In this document: one piece after another, positions 7,879 through 15,902 of the stretch
Position numbering within the stretch: position 1 is the stretch's first letter
Layout: every line of letters starts with the position of its first letter
Assembly (NCBI GenBank): GCA_963761305.1
Contig: CAVXGK010000001.1
Span: 192,001 to 256,000 of the forward strand
Direction of reading: 5' to 3'
Length of the DNA stretch: 64,000 bases
From: an uncultured Gemmatimonadaceae bacterium
GTDB taxonomy: Bacteria > Gemmatimonadota > Gemmatimonadetes > Gemmatimonadales > Gemmatimonadaceae
Translations under genes and position numbers: made by a program
Notes under the pieces: model-generated
Told to the model about the DNA's origin: nothing
Seen by the model: only the letters and a program-made list of their open reading frames with translations
Database searches by the model: none

Positions 7879-9417
7879 CTAGCGCCGCCCGACGATCGAC
7901 AGTCCTGTTGGCGTGGGTCGATAACGTAGCGCCTCACCGAGATGTTCACGACCGACGACATCCGACAGACACAAGTCCGCAATCGTCCGCGCCACGCGAA
8001 TGACGCGGTGGTATCCGCGCGCAGACAAGTGCAGCGACTCGGCGGCGTCCATAAGTAAGCGCCGCGCGCTTGTCTCAATCGCTCCGCGCGCAAGCAGCCA
8101 ACGACCAGTTGCGTCCGCGTTGCACGTGATCCGATCCAGTGCGGCGTATCGCCGCCGCTGAATGGCACGTGCCGCCTCGACGCGTTCCCGAATCGCCGAC
8201 GACGATTCACCGGGCTCACTCGCGTCGAGCGCGGGCAACGAGACAGGAGCGAGTGTGACATACATGTCGATGCGATCCGCCAGTGGGCCCGACAAGCGTG
8301 CGCGGTATTTAGCAATCTCTGATTCTGCGCAAACGCACGGCTTTGTCGGGTGGCCGAGGTACGAGCACGGACAGGGATTCATCGCCGCGATGAGCGAGAA
8401 CCGCGCGGGGAACGCCACACTCAACGCCGCCCGCGCGATCACCACGCGCCCATCCTCGAGCGGCTGACGTAGCGCCTCGAGCGCGCCGCGCGGAAACTCG
8501 AGCAGCTCGTCGAGGAATAGTACGCCGTGATGCGCGAGACTCACTTCGCCCGGCCGCGGAATTCCACCACCGCCGACGAGTCCCGCCGACGAGATCGAGT
8601 GGTGCGGCGCGCGGAACGGCCGCGCGGCGACGAGCGCGCCTGATGCCGGCAGCAGCCCGACGACGGAATGAATCGCCGTGACCTCGAGCGCTTCGTCTTC
8701 GGTGAGCGGCGGGAGAATCGACGGCAGGCGCCGCGCGAGCATCGTCTTCCCGGCGCCCGGTGGGCCTACCAGCAAGCAGGCGTGTCCACCCGCCGCCGCT
8801 ATCTCGAGCGCGCGCTTGGCGCTCTCCTGCCCCGAGACGTCGGCGAAGTCCACGCCCTCGTCGACAGGCGCCGCTTCCATCGTCCGCTCGGCGCGTGCGA
8901 GCGATCCCGATTGCAGCGACTCGACGAGCGACGCGAGCGACTCCGCCGTGAACGTGCAGAGCGATCGCACGAGCGACGCTTCGCCGACGTTCGCCGACGG
9001 GATCACTAGACCGCGCAGCCCGACGGTGCCCGCGAGGTGACGCGCGACCGACAACACACCGCGCACCGGCCGAATCGCGCCGTCGAGGCCGAGCTCGCCG
9101 AGAACGACGAGTCCGTCGACGCTTTCAGTGGGCAGCGCACCGAGCGCGACCAGCAGTCCGATCGCGATCGGCAGGTCGAAGCCCGTTCCGGCTTTTCGCT
9201 GATCGCCCGGCGACAGACTCACGGTCACCCGTCGCGCCGGGACGACGAAACCGGAATTCGCGAGCGCGGCCGTCACCCGTTCTCGGCTCTCCTTCACCTC
9301 CCCCGACGGCAAACCCACGATCGTCCAGTGCGGAAGGCCCTGGGCGACGTCGACCTCGACGCACACATCATACGCGTCGATTCCCACGACGGCGGCGGAG
9401 CGAATGGCGGCGAGCAT
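7879..9417 (-). CDS. comM: YifB/ComM Mg-chelatase-like AAA+ ATPase (probably chimeric at the NPCPC codons)
   Basis: GLPSGEVKESRERV, GPPGAGKT Walker A, RAPHHS, LFLDELLEF, NPCPC, RVARTIADL. Confidence 0.95.
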   Translation of the reverse strand: MLAAIRSAAVVGIDAYDVCVEVDVAQGLPHWTIVGLPSGEVKESRERVTAALANSGFVVPARRVTVSLSPGDQRKAGTGFDLPIAIGLLVALGALPTESVDGLVVLGELGLDGAIRPVRGVLSVARHLAGTVGLRGLVIPSANVGEASLVRSLCTFTAESLASLVESLQSGSLARAERTMEAAPVDEGVDFADVSGQESAKRALEIAAAGGHACLLVGPPGAGKTMLARRLPSILPPLTEDEALEVTAIHSVVGLLPASGALVAARPFRAPHHSISSAGLVGGGGIPRPGEVSLAHHGVLFLDELLEFPRGALEALRQPLEDGRVVIARAALSVAFPARFSLIAAMNPCPCSYLGHPTKPCVCAESEIAKYRARLSGPLADRIDMYVTLAPVSLPALDASEPGESSSAIRERVEAARAIQRRRYAALDRITCNADATGRWLLARGAIETSARRLLMDAAESLHLSARGYHRVIRVARTIADLCLSDVVGREHLGEALRYRPTPTGLSIVGRR

Positions 9418-9499
9418 GCGGCGATGCTAGCCGCACCCGACGGCAAACGCGTCATCATCTCATTGCCAAGCGGCGCACGTTGTCGCATCGTGGAGCAGG

Positions 9500-11479
9500 A
9501 TGATCATGAGCGTTCGCTCGAGAGACTCGCTTCTGGCCCTGGTCGGCGTCGTCACGCTCGCGCGCGCCGGCGGCGCACAGCGCGTGACCGGGGTCGTCCG
9601 CGACAGCGCGTCGCGCGAGCCGGTAGCGAGCGCCGTCGTGCGACTGTTCGACCCGACTGGGCGCGAGTTGGAGCGCACCATCACCGGGCGCGACGGCCGC
9701 TATCGCCTCGACGCGCTGCCGGCCGGCCGCCAGCTTCGGGTCCTTCGCATCGGGTTTCGCCCGCGCACCATTCCGTTCGCGGGAATCGCTCGCGACACGT
9801 CCCTCGACGTTGTGCTGGTCGGTCTGCCGACGCTCCTCGAAGCCGTGAACGTCGACGATCAACCGCAGTGCGGCCGTCGCTCGGATCGCGCCGCGGCGTT
9901 GGCGCTCTGGGAACAGGCGCGTGCGGCGCTCCTGGCGACCGTCGTCGCGCGCGAATCGCGGCCGCCGCTCATCACGGCTATCGCGTTCGACCGCACGCTC
10001 GATCGACGCGGCCGCATCGTCCGGCAGCACGTCCGTCACGATTCGCTGCCGACGAATCGCCCGTTCATCGCCGCGCGCCCCGTCGCCCAGTTTCGCGACC
10101 AAGGGTACACCGACGGCGTGACGAGCCAGCGTACGTACTACGCGCCGGACGCGGACGTCCTGCTCGACCCCGCGTTCGGCGACGGGCACTGCTTCTCGCT
10201 GCGCCAGGACAAGGACAAGCATCCGGGGCAGATCGGCCTCGCGTTCGATCCGGCGCGCGATCGGCCCGGCATCATCGACGTCGGCGGCGTCATGTGGCTC
10301 GACGTGGCGACGCCGGCGCTCCGCACGCTGGAATTTCGCTACACGAACGTCGAGCGCATCGTCGCCGACGCGGACGCCGGCGGGTTCATCTCGTTTCGTA
10401 CCGCGACCAACGGCCTCTCGGTGATCGATCGTTGGAATCTGCATCTCCCGTCGATCGAGACGACCGCGCCGGCTGCGCAAGGCGTTCGCCCGACGAGCGT
10501 GCCCAAGTGCACGGGAGTTTGCGTGGGGAAGGCTTCGGGCGAGGCGCGCTGGCGCGTCGTCGACATGCACGACGTCGGCGCCGTGATCGCGACCGCCACG
10601 TGGCCCGACGGTTCCGAGTGGCACTCGCCGCTTGGAACGTTCCGCGGCCGCGCGGTGCGGCCCGACAGCACGTCGCCCGTTCGCGACGCTCTCGTGTGGC
10701 TCATGGGGAGCGACGACTCGACGCGCACCGCCGCGGACGGATCGTTCGAGTTGAACCTGTTGCTTCCCGGTCCCTATCCGCTGTTCGCGGCGGAAGCGCC
10801 GGCCGATCGCGTTGTGTTCCAGCAGAACGATTCGCTGAGAGTCGAGATCGACTCCGCGGCGATGCCGCCGTTTCGACTCGTCATTGCGGCGATCGACGAT
10901 CGTATCAAGACTTTCTGCAAGGGCGTCGTCGCGGGACCGGGAAAGATTCTCATGCTCGGACGGGTGCTCCTTCCCGATCGGTCACCGGCGCGCGGCGCAG
11001 CTATCGAGGCGTTCTGGGCACAGTCGGCGTCCGATCTGGGGCACGGCTTCCGCGAGCGCGCGCGCACCGACACGTCCGGCGCGTTTCACGTCTGTGGTCT
11101 CACCCCCGACGACACCGTGCAGGTGTCGGCGACGCTCGACAGTCTCGACGCGTACGTGCGAGACCGATTCCGCGCGGACGGCGGCTCGCCGCTCTTCCAG
11201 GCCACACTCCGACTGGTCGCGCCGCCCTTCCGTTCGCGGATCATGCGTGTGGTCGACGAACGCGGCGATCCGATCGCGAACGCGTCGCTACTAGACGACG
11301 AAACGGGCGAGGTGCGCGAGACGACCAACACCAGCGGCGAAGCGAGCCTCGCGTGGCTGCCGCGCGGCAGTACGAGCGTGACGGTCGTCCGACTGGGCTA
11401 CAGTTCGACGAGCACGACCATCAACGTTGCCGCCGACGACTCGACGGTCGTAGTGGTCTCGATGCACCGCGCGCCATAG
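9500..11479 (+). CDS. Secreted protein with several carboxypeptidase-regulatory-like beta-sandwich domains
   Basis: Signal peptide; repeated motifs VTGVVRD...PVASA, TAADGSF, TDTSGAFHVCG, VVDERGDPIANA. Confidence 0.75.
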   Translation: MIMSVRSRDSLLALVGVVTLARAGGAQRVTGVVRDSASREPVASAVVRLFDPTGRELERTITGRDGRYRLDALPAGRQLRVLRIGFRPRTIPFAGIARDTSLDVVLVGLPTLLEAVNVDDQPQCGRRSDRAAALALWEQARAALLATVVARESRPPLITAIAFDRTLDRRGRIVRQHVRHDSLPTNRPFIAARPVAQFRDQGYTDGVTSQRTYYAPDADVLLDPAFGDGHCFSLRQDKDKHPGQIGLAFDPARDRPGIIDVGGVMWLDVATPALRTLEFRYTNVERIVADADAGGFISFRTATNGLSVIDRWNLHLPSIETTAPAAQGVRPTSVPKCTGVCVGKASGEARWRVVDMHDVGAVIATATWPDGSEWHSPLGTFRGRAVRPDSTSPVRDALVWLMGSDDSTRTAADGSFELNLLLPGPYPLFAAEAPADRVVFQQNDSLRVEIDSAAMPPFRLVIAAIDDRIKTFCKGVVAGPGKILMLGRVLLPDRSPARGAAIEAFWAQSASDLGHGFRERARTDTSGAFHVCGLTPDDTVQVSATLDSLDAYVRDRFRADGGSPLFQATLRLVAPPFRSRIMRVVDERGDPIANASLLDDETGEVRETTNTSGEASLAWLPRGSTSVTVVRLGYSSTSTTINVAADDSTVVVVSMHRAP

Positions 11480-11488
11480 GCTCGTATC

Positions 11489-11593
11489 GCCGGTCCACCG
11501 GTCCACCGGTCCACCGGTCCACCGCCCCCCGTCCACCCGTCCACCCGTCCACCCGTCCACCCGTCCACCCGTTCACCTGTCCACCCGCCCACC
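11489..11593. repeat. Octamer tandem repeat (CCGGTCCA/CCCGTCCA), ~12 units
   Basis: Direct reading; lies between convergent genes and overlaps the 3' end of 11573-13462. Confidence 0.9.
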
Positions 11594-13462
11594 CGGCGGC
11601 CGATCCGCGTCGACGCACACGACCTTGATCTGCTGCTGGGCGTACGTATCCATCGGATCGAGATTCTCGAGATACGGCTTCGCCATCTGCGCGAACGTGG
11701 AATCGTCGGAGTGGAGTCCGGACCGCGCAATCGGCAGCACGTCGGTCGCCATTCGAACCAGCCGGCAGCTCTCGACCTTGTCGGTGAGCTTCATGGTTTG
11801 CTGCAGCGCCGTCTGCGCGACAGCCAGCGCCGCGGCTCCGACGAGGAAACGCGATTGGCCGGACGTCTGCACTGAATCCGAGAACGCGAGCATCCGAAGC
11901 GCCGTCGCGAAATCGGCGGTCGCCTTGGTCCCACTGGCCGCGGCCTGATAGAGCGTGTTGCCCTTCGCCGCCGCGAACATCGCGACCATCGACGAGTCTT
12001 CGCCGCTCGCCAAGCCCGCATGCAGCGCGACCAGCGCGCTGTCCGGTTGGCCCAGTTCGATCTCGAATTGCGCGATCCGAAGGTGCCCCTGTCCACGCGC
12101 GAGCCCCGAATCCAACGCCACCGCCTGCTTCGCCGCCGCCAGCGCCTCGGCGACTTTCCCGCGGGCGCGCAGCTCCGTGGCGTTGAGCGACAGGAGATCG
12201 GCGTTCTGTGGAAAGAGCGCGAGCCCTCGCGGAAGAACCGTGTCCGCCTCGGCCTTGATGTACTGCGTGTACAACCAGTACAGGCGAGCGTCCTTGGGAA
12301 ACACGCTCACGCCGTGGGCCAGCGTCTCGATGGACTTGATCGGATTGTTCGCCGAGTGATAGGCGAAACCCAGCCGATAAAAGAACAGTGAATCGCGCCG
12401 GCTGACCGAATCCTGCGCGAGGAGCGTCTCGCCGGCGGCGATGGCCAGCGGCCAATGCTTGTTCTCGAACGCCGCGCGCCATTTCTCCAGCACGAAGCGA
12501 ATGTCGTCGGGATGCGCGTTGCTCAGCGCGATGAGGTATGGCTCGGCGCGCGCCGCGTTGCCGCCGTCGAGAAGCGCGTAGCCGACGCGCGCCGCGAGGT
12601 CGAGGTCCGCGGTGTCGGTGGCGGCCAGTCGGAGCCAGTACGTCGCCGCCCGATCGCGACGGCGCAACGAGTCGAGCGACACCGCCGCGGCCTCGAGCCC
12701 ATGCGGGTTGATCGAGTCGATGGCGAGCAGCGTGTCGGCTTCGGCGAGGACCTCCGCCGCCGGCGCGCCGTTCTGACGCAGCGCCCACACGAGGCACGTT
12801 CGGACGATCGCGCCGCGCGGAAAGGCCGCGATTCCCGCACGAGCGGCCTCCACCGCGCGCAGACCACTTCCCTCGCGAAGCGCGTTCTCGCAGCGGCGTT
12901 CCGGTCCAAGCTGCGCGCGGGCGGCGGTCACTGATCGCGCGAATATCTGCGCGGCCGAGTCGAGCTTCGGCGCCGCCGCATCCGGCAACGGCTGACGCAG
13001 CCGATCGTCGCGCATCAGCATGAGCGAACCGGACAGGCGTGGGCCGGACGGTCCGTTGGTCACCGAGGCCAGCACGAACTCGTCGGCGCGGAAATACTTG
13101 CCCATCGATCTGATGTCCCGCAGCTCGAAGGTCGTGTCGGGGTTGAACCCCGCGCGCTCCATGCGGTACGCCACGTCGTCGGCGTCGATGACGTCGACCT
13201 CCTTCCGATCGATGAGGTGCCACACGCGCGACCGCACGGCGTCCGCCGCCTTGCGGCCGAGCTTCATGTCAGCCCCGCCACGCGGGAAGAAGTTGAGGAT
13301 GAGGAGACCTTGTCGCGTGAACTCCTGCTGCGGGGTCTCTTTCTTCGCTCGCTGGGCGCCTGCCGAAAACCCCGCGAGAACGAGCATGCCCGTCGCACCC
13401 GCAACCATGAATCGCATGGTGGCGCACGGAATCATCCGGCGAGTTTGGTCGGAGTTCGGCAC
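11573..13462 (-). CDS. Exported TPR-repeat protein
   Basis: Signal peptide (AGA-Q), Ala/Leu-rich helical repeats (YRLGFAYH, LRIAQFEIELGQPDSA); start may be a later Met. Confidence 0.75.
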   Translation of the reverse strand: MPNSDQTRRMIPCATMRFMVAGATGMLVLAGFSAGAQRAKKETPQQEFTRQGLLILNFFPRGGADMKLGRKAADAVRSRVWHLIDRKEVDVIDADDVAYRMERAGFNPDTTFELRDIRSMGKYFRADEFVLASVTNGPSGPRLSGSLMLMRDDRLRQPLPDAAAPKLDSAAQIFARSVTAARAQLGPERRCENALREGSGLRAVEAARAGIAAFPRGAIVRTCLVWALRQNGAPAAEVLAEADTLLAIDSINPHGLEAAAVSLDSLRRRDRAATYWLRLAATDTADLDLAARVGYALLDGGNAARAEPYLIALSNAHPDDIRFVLEKWRAAFENKHWPLAIAAGETLLAQDSVSRRDSLFFYRLGFAYHSANNPIKSIETLAHGVSVFPKDARLYWLYTQYIKAEADTVLPRGLALFPQNADLLSLNATELRARGKVAEALAAAKQAVALDSGLARGQGHLRIAQFEIELGQPDSALVALHAGLASGEDSSMVAMFAAAKGNTLYQAAASGTKATADFATALRMLAFSDSVQTSGQSRFLVGAAALAVAQTALQQTMKLTDKVESCRLVRMATDVLPIARSGLHSDDSTFAQMAKPYLENLDPMDTYAQQQIKVVCVDADRPPGGRVDR

Positions 13463-13612
13463 GTAGGTGGGGGGCGGGACGCTCTAAATATGGGATTGAC
13501 TGGCGGTCCGCGCTATGACCCTTGCTCGCTCCGCCCTGCATCAAATAACGCCAAACGTACGAGTGGCCCGACATAGGGGCGCTGCGCCTTAGGGGCGCTG
13601 CGCCTGGCGCAT

Positions 13613-14695
13613 TCAGCGGGAAGGATCCGCCGGGCACTGCTCGCTGGTGAGCTTGTCGAAGTCCGGCATGCGCACGCGCCACCCGAACTGCAAGGTCGCG
13701 TGGGCGACGCCCGCGGCAAGCTGGCACTGATAGTCGTGCAGATAGAAATCGAACGGGTCGTGTGAGTCAGCGTCCACCAGATCGAGATCGGAATCGACCA
13801 TCGTCAGCTTGCCGAAGCGGAGCGTGCCGTGCCGAATGGCCAGGAAGTTCGGCGACGCCATCGCCGACGGAACGATCGCCCGCAGCGCCGAATCGCTCAC
13901 CGCGCCGGCCGCGCCGATGCCCAGCCCGACGCCTTGCGCGCAACAGTCGAGCCCAGTGATCGTGCCGTGGATGTGCGGCGGCGGAAGGACGGACAGCACG
14001 TCGATGAAGATCGTGTTTCCTTGCACGCGCAGCTGGCCGTTGGCCGGCACGTTGATCATCGCCGACAGGGGAATGCGCAGCGCGTTGAGCAGGCCGGTCA
14101 CGCCGATCGCGCCGATCTTCACCTCTTTCGTGTCGACGGCGAGGAATCGTCCGTCGCGCACCGAGAGCGTGCCTTCCATCGTGAATGGGATGGTCGCGCC
14201 CTTGGTGAGCGTCCCGTGGATGACGAGGTTCTGTCCGTTCGCCTCGAGCTTCAGGTTGTGGACGTTCGCGTTCGGGAAGGCGAACACGCGGGTGTTCATC
14301 AGCACCTGGACTTGCGCCATCGTCAGCCGGACCGCGGCCCCGCTGACGTCGAGCTCGAAGCTGGACGGGTCGTCGAACGAGACGACGTCCGACGGCGGCA
14401 CCGGACGCATCTGGGCGCGAATGCGATCGATGCCCACGACGAGGTCCTTCGTAAACCTGAATTGCACGTTTCGCATCGTGAGCACCGGCGACACGTTCGG
14501 GTCCGCGGTGGTGTCGGGGCGCCGTGTCGTCGTGTCGGCCACCGCGCCCGCGGCCATGGCCGGCGTGGTCGGCCCCGAACACGCCGCGACGCTCGCCGCC
14601 AACCAGGCGGCGAGAAACGTCGGTGCCAGCATCGAGCGACTTGGTCTCACGAAACGAACGCCTCCGGGTGCCTGGGCGGCCGGCCGGCCATCCAA
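13613..14695 (-). CDS. Hypothetical lipoprotein (beta-rich)
   Basis: Lipobox-like VAAC, host-like codon usage, non-repetitive globular sequence. Confidence 0.65.
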   Translation of the reverse strand: MDGRPAAQAPGGVRFVRPSRSMLAPTFLAAWLAASVAACSGPTTPAMAAGAVADTTTRRPDTTADPNVSPVLTMRNVQFRFTKDLVVGIDRIRAQMRPVPPSDVVSFDDPSSFELDVSGAAVRLTMAQVQVLMNTRVFAFPNANVHNLKLEANGQNLVIHGTLTKGATIPFTMEGTLSVRDGRFLAVDTKEVKIGAIGVTGLLNALRIPLSAMINVPANGQLRVQGNTIFIDVLSVLPPPHIHGTITGLDCCAQGVGLGIGAAGAVSDSALRAIVPSAMASPNFLAIRHGTLRFGKLTMVDSDLDLVDADSHDPFDFYLHDYQCQLAAGVAHATLQFGWRVRMPDFDKLTSEQCPADPSR

Positions 14696-14809
14696 ATAGC
14701 CGCCCTGTGGATTATCTACCTCGCAAGGAACGGTCTAACTCGTCGAGCGCCTCGTCGCCACTTGCCAGGCTCACTTAACTTCACACCAGAACGGTTTGGA
14801 GGCGGCCTC

Positions 14810-15478
14810 ATGGGTTACGAGACGAAGTGCCACGTTCGTGTTGTGAACCACGGTGAGACGCGCCAGGCGGACGCGGCCGTCCTGCTCGAGACCGATGAGC
14901 TGGTCGTGCGTGGCGAGGCACGCGTTCGAGTGAAGCGCTCCGACATTCGACGGATAACGCGGCGAGCAGGCGTGGTGACGGTCACGTCGCCGAGCGCCAC
15001 CGTGACGCTCTCGCTCGGCGAGCCGGCCGCCGAACGCTGGGAGAAGAAACTCGGCGAAGCGCCCAAGCCGCTCATCGACAAGCTGGACGTGAAGCCGGAC
15101 GCGGCGGTGCTGCTGATCGGCCATCACGACGACACGCTCGTGTCGCAGCTCGGCGAGCGAACGAGCGACGTCTCGCGGTCGCCGAAGGCCAAGAATCGAG
15201 ACGTCGTGTTCGTCCACGTCGGCGGCGCGGCCGACATGCAGAGGATCGAGCGCGCCAACGCGGCGATCGCCGACGACGGCGCGATCTGGGTCGTGCATCC
15301 CAAGGGCCCCCCGCCGAATGGCGTTGCCGACACGGCGATCTTCGCCAAGGCGAAGGAGCTCGGGCTCACCTACACCAAGGTCGCGCGCGTCTCGGCCACG
15401 CTCACGGCGGAGAAGCTCGTCCGTCCGGTCGCTTCGAGATCATCGCGCGGAGCGCCTAAGTCTCGGCCAGGAAAGTGA
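14810..15478 (+). CDS. Conserved hypothetical protein (DUF3052-like C-terminus)
   Basis: GGAGG RBS before ATG 14810; LIDKLDVKP and GAIWVVHPKG motifs. Confidence 0.7.
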   Translation: MGYETKCHVRVVNHGETRQADAAVLLETDELVVRGEARVRVKRSDIRRITRRAGVVTVTSPSATVTLSLGEPAAERWEKKLGEAPKPLIDKLDVKPDAAVLLIGHHDDTLVSQLGERTSDVSRSPKAKNRDVVFVHVGGAADMQRIERANAAIADDGAIWVVHPKGPPPNGVADTAIFAKAKELGLTYTKVARVSATLTAEKLVRPVASRSSRGAPKSRPGK

Positions 15479-15897
15479 GCGACAGCGGACCCGCTCCCCT
15501 GCTCCTTTACGACGGGACCTGCGGGTTCTGCGCCGGCACGGTGCAGTTCGTGTTGCGGCACGACGTCCGTGCGAGAACGCTCAAGTTCGCGAGCTTGCAA
15601 GGACCGACGGGTGCCGCGATTCGCGGTCGGCATCCGCGGCTCGCCTCGGCCGACTCGGTCGTGTGGCTCGACGGGCCCGATGACGCCTCGCCGCTCGTCA
15701 GATCGGCCGCGGCGTTGCGCGTGCTCTCTTACCTCGGCGGCGCGTGGGGCGTGCTCGGCGTCGTCGCGCGGATCGCGCCTCGCGCGCTGGGCGACTGGGT
15801 GTACGACCTCGTCGCCAGACATCGCCACCAACTCACACGCGACGGCGCCGCGTGCGTCGTCCCCACGCCGGAAGAGCGCGCGCGCTTCCTCGACTGA
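15475..15897 (+). CDS. DCC1-like thiol-disulfide oxidoreductase (DUF393)
   Basis: LLYDGTCGFC motif, FASLQ, YDLVARHR. Confidence 0.88.
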   Translation: MSDSGPAPLLLYDGTCGFCAGTVQFVLRHDVRARTLKFASLQGPTGAAIRGRHPRLASADSVVWLDGPDDASPLVRSAAALRVLSYLGGAWGVLGVVARIAPRALGDWVYDLVARHRHQLTRDGAACVVPTPEERARFLD

Positions 15898-15902
15898 GAG
15901 CG

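Larger units (their letters stand above)
2305..8376. mobile_element. comM-integrated genomic island carrying a Mn-uptake module (no integrase seen)
   Basis: 12-bp direct repeat GCACGGACAGGG at 2305-2316 and 8365-8376 (15/16 with the following nTTC); duplicated comM 3' end; visibly lower GC3 inside. Confidence 0.75.

Noticed and set aside
9037..11628. 863-aa + strand ORF and similar long Arg-rich ORFs (e.g. 11421-13223, 23458-25785, 16086-17915, 33218-35200)
   Set aside because: Shadow frames of real high-GC genes; Arg/Ala/Pro-rich with no motifs.
13537..13555. Sigma54 promoter for the TPR gene
   Set aside because: GG to GC spacing is 11 nt, not 10.
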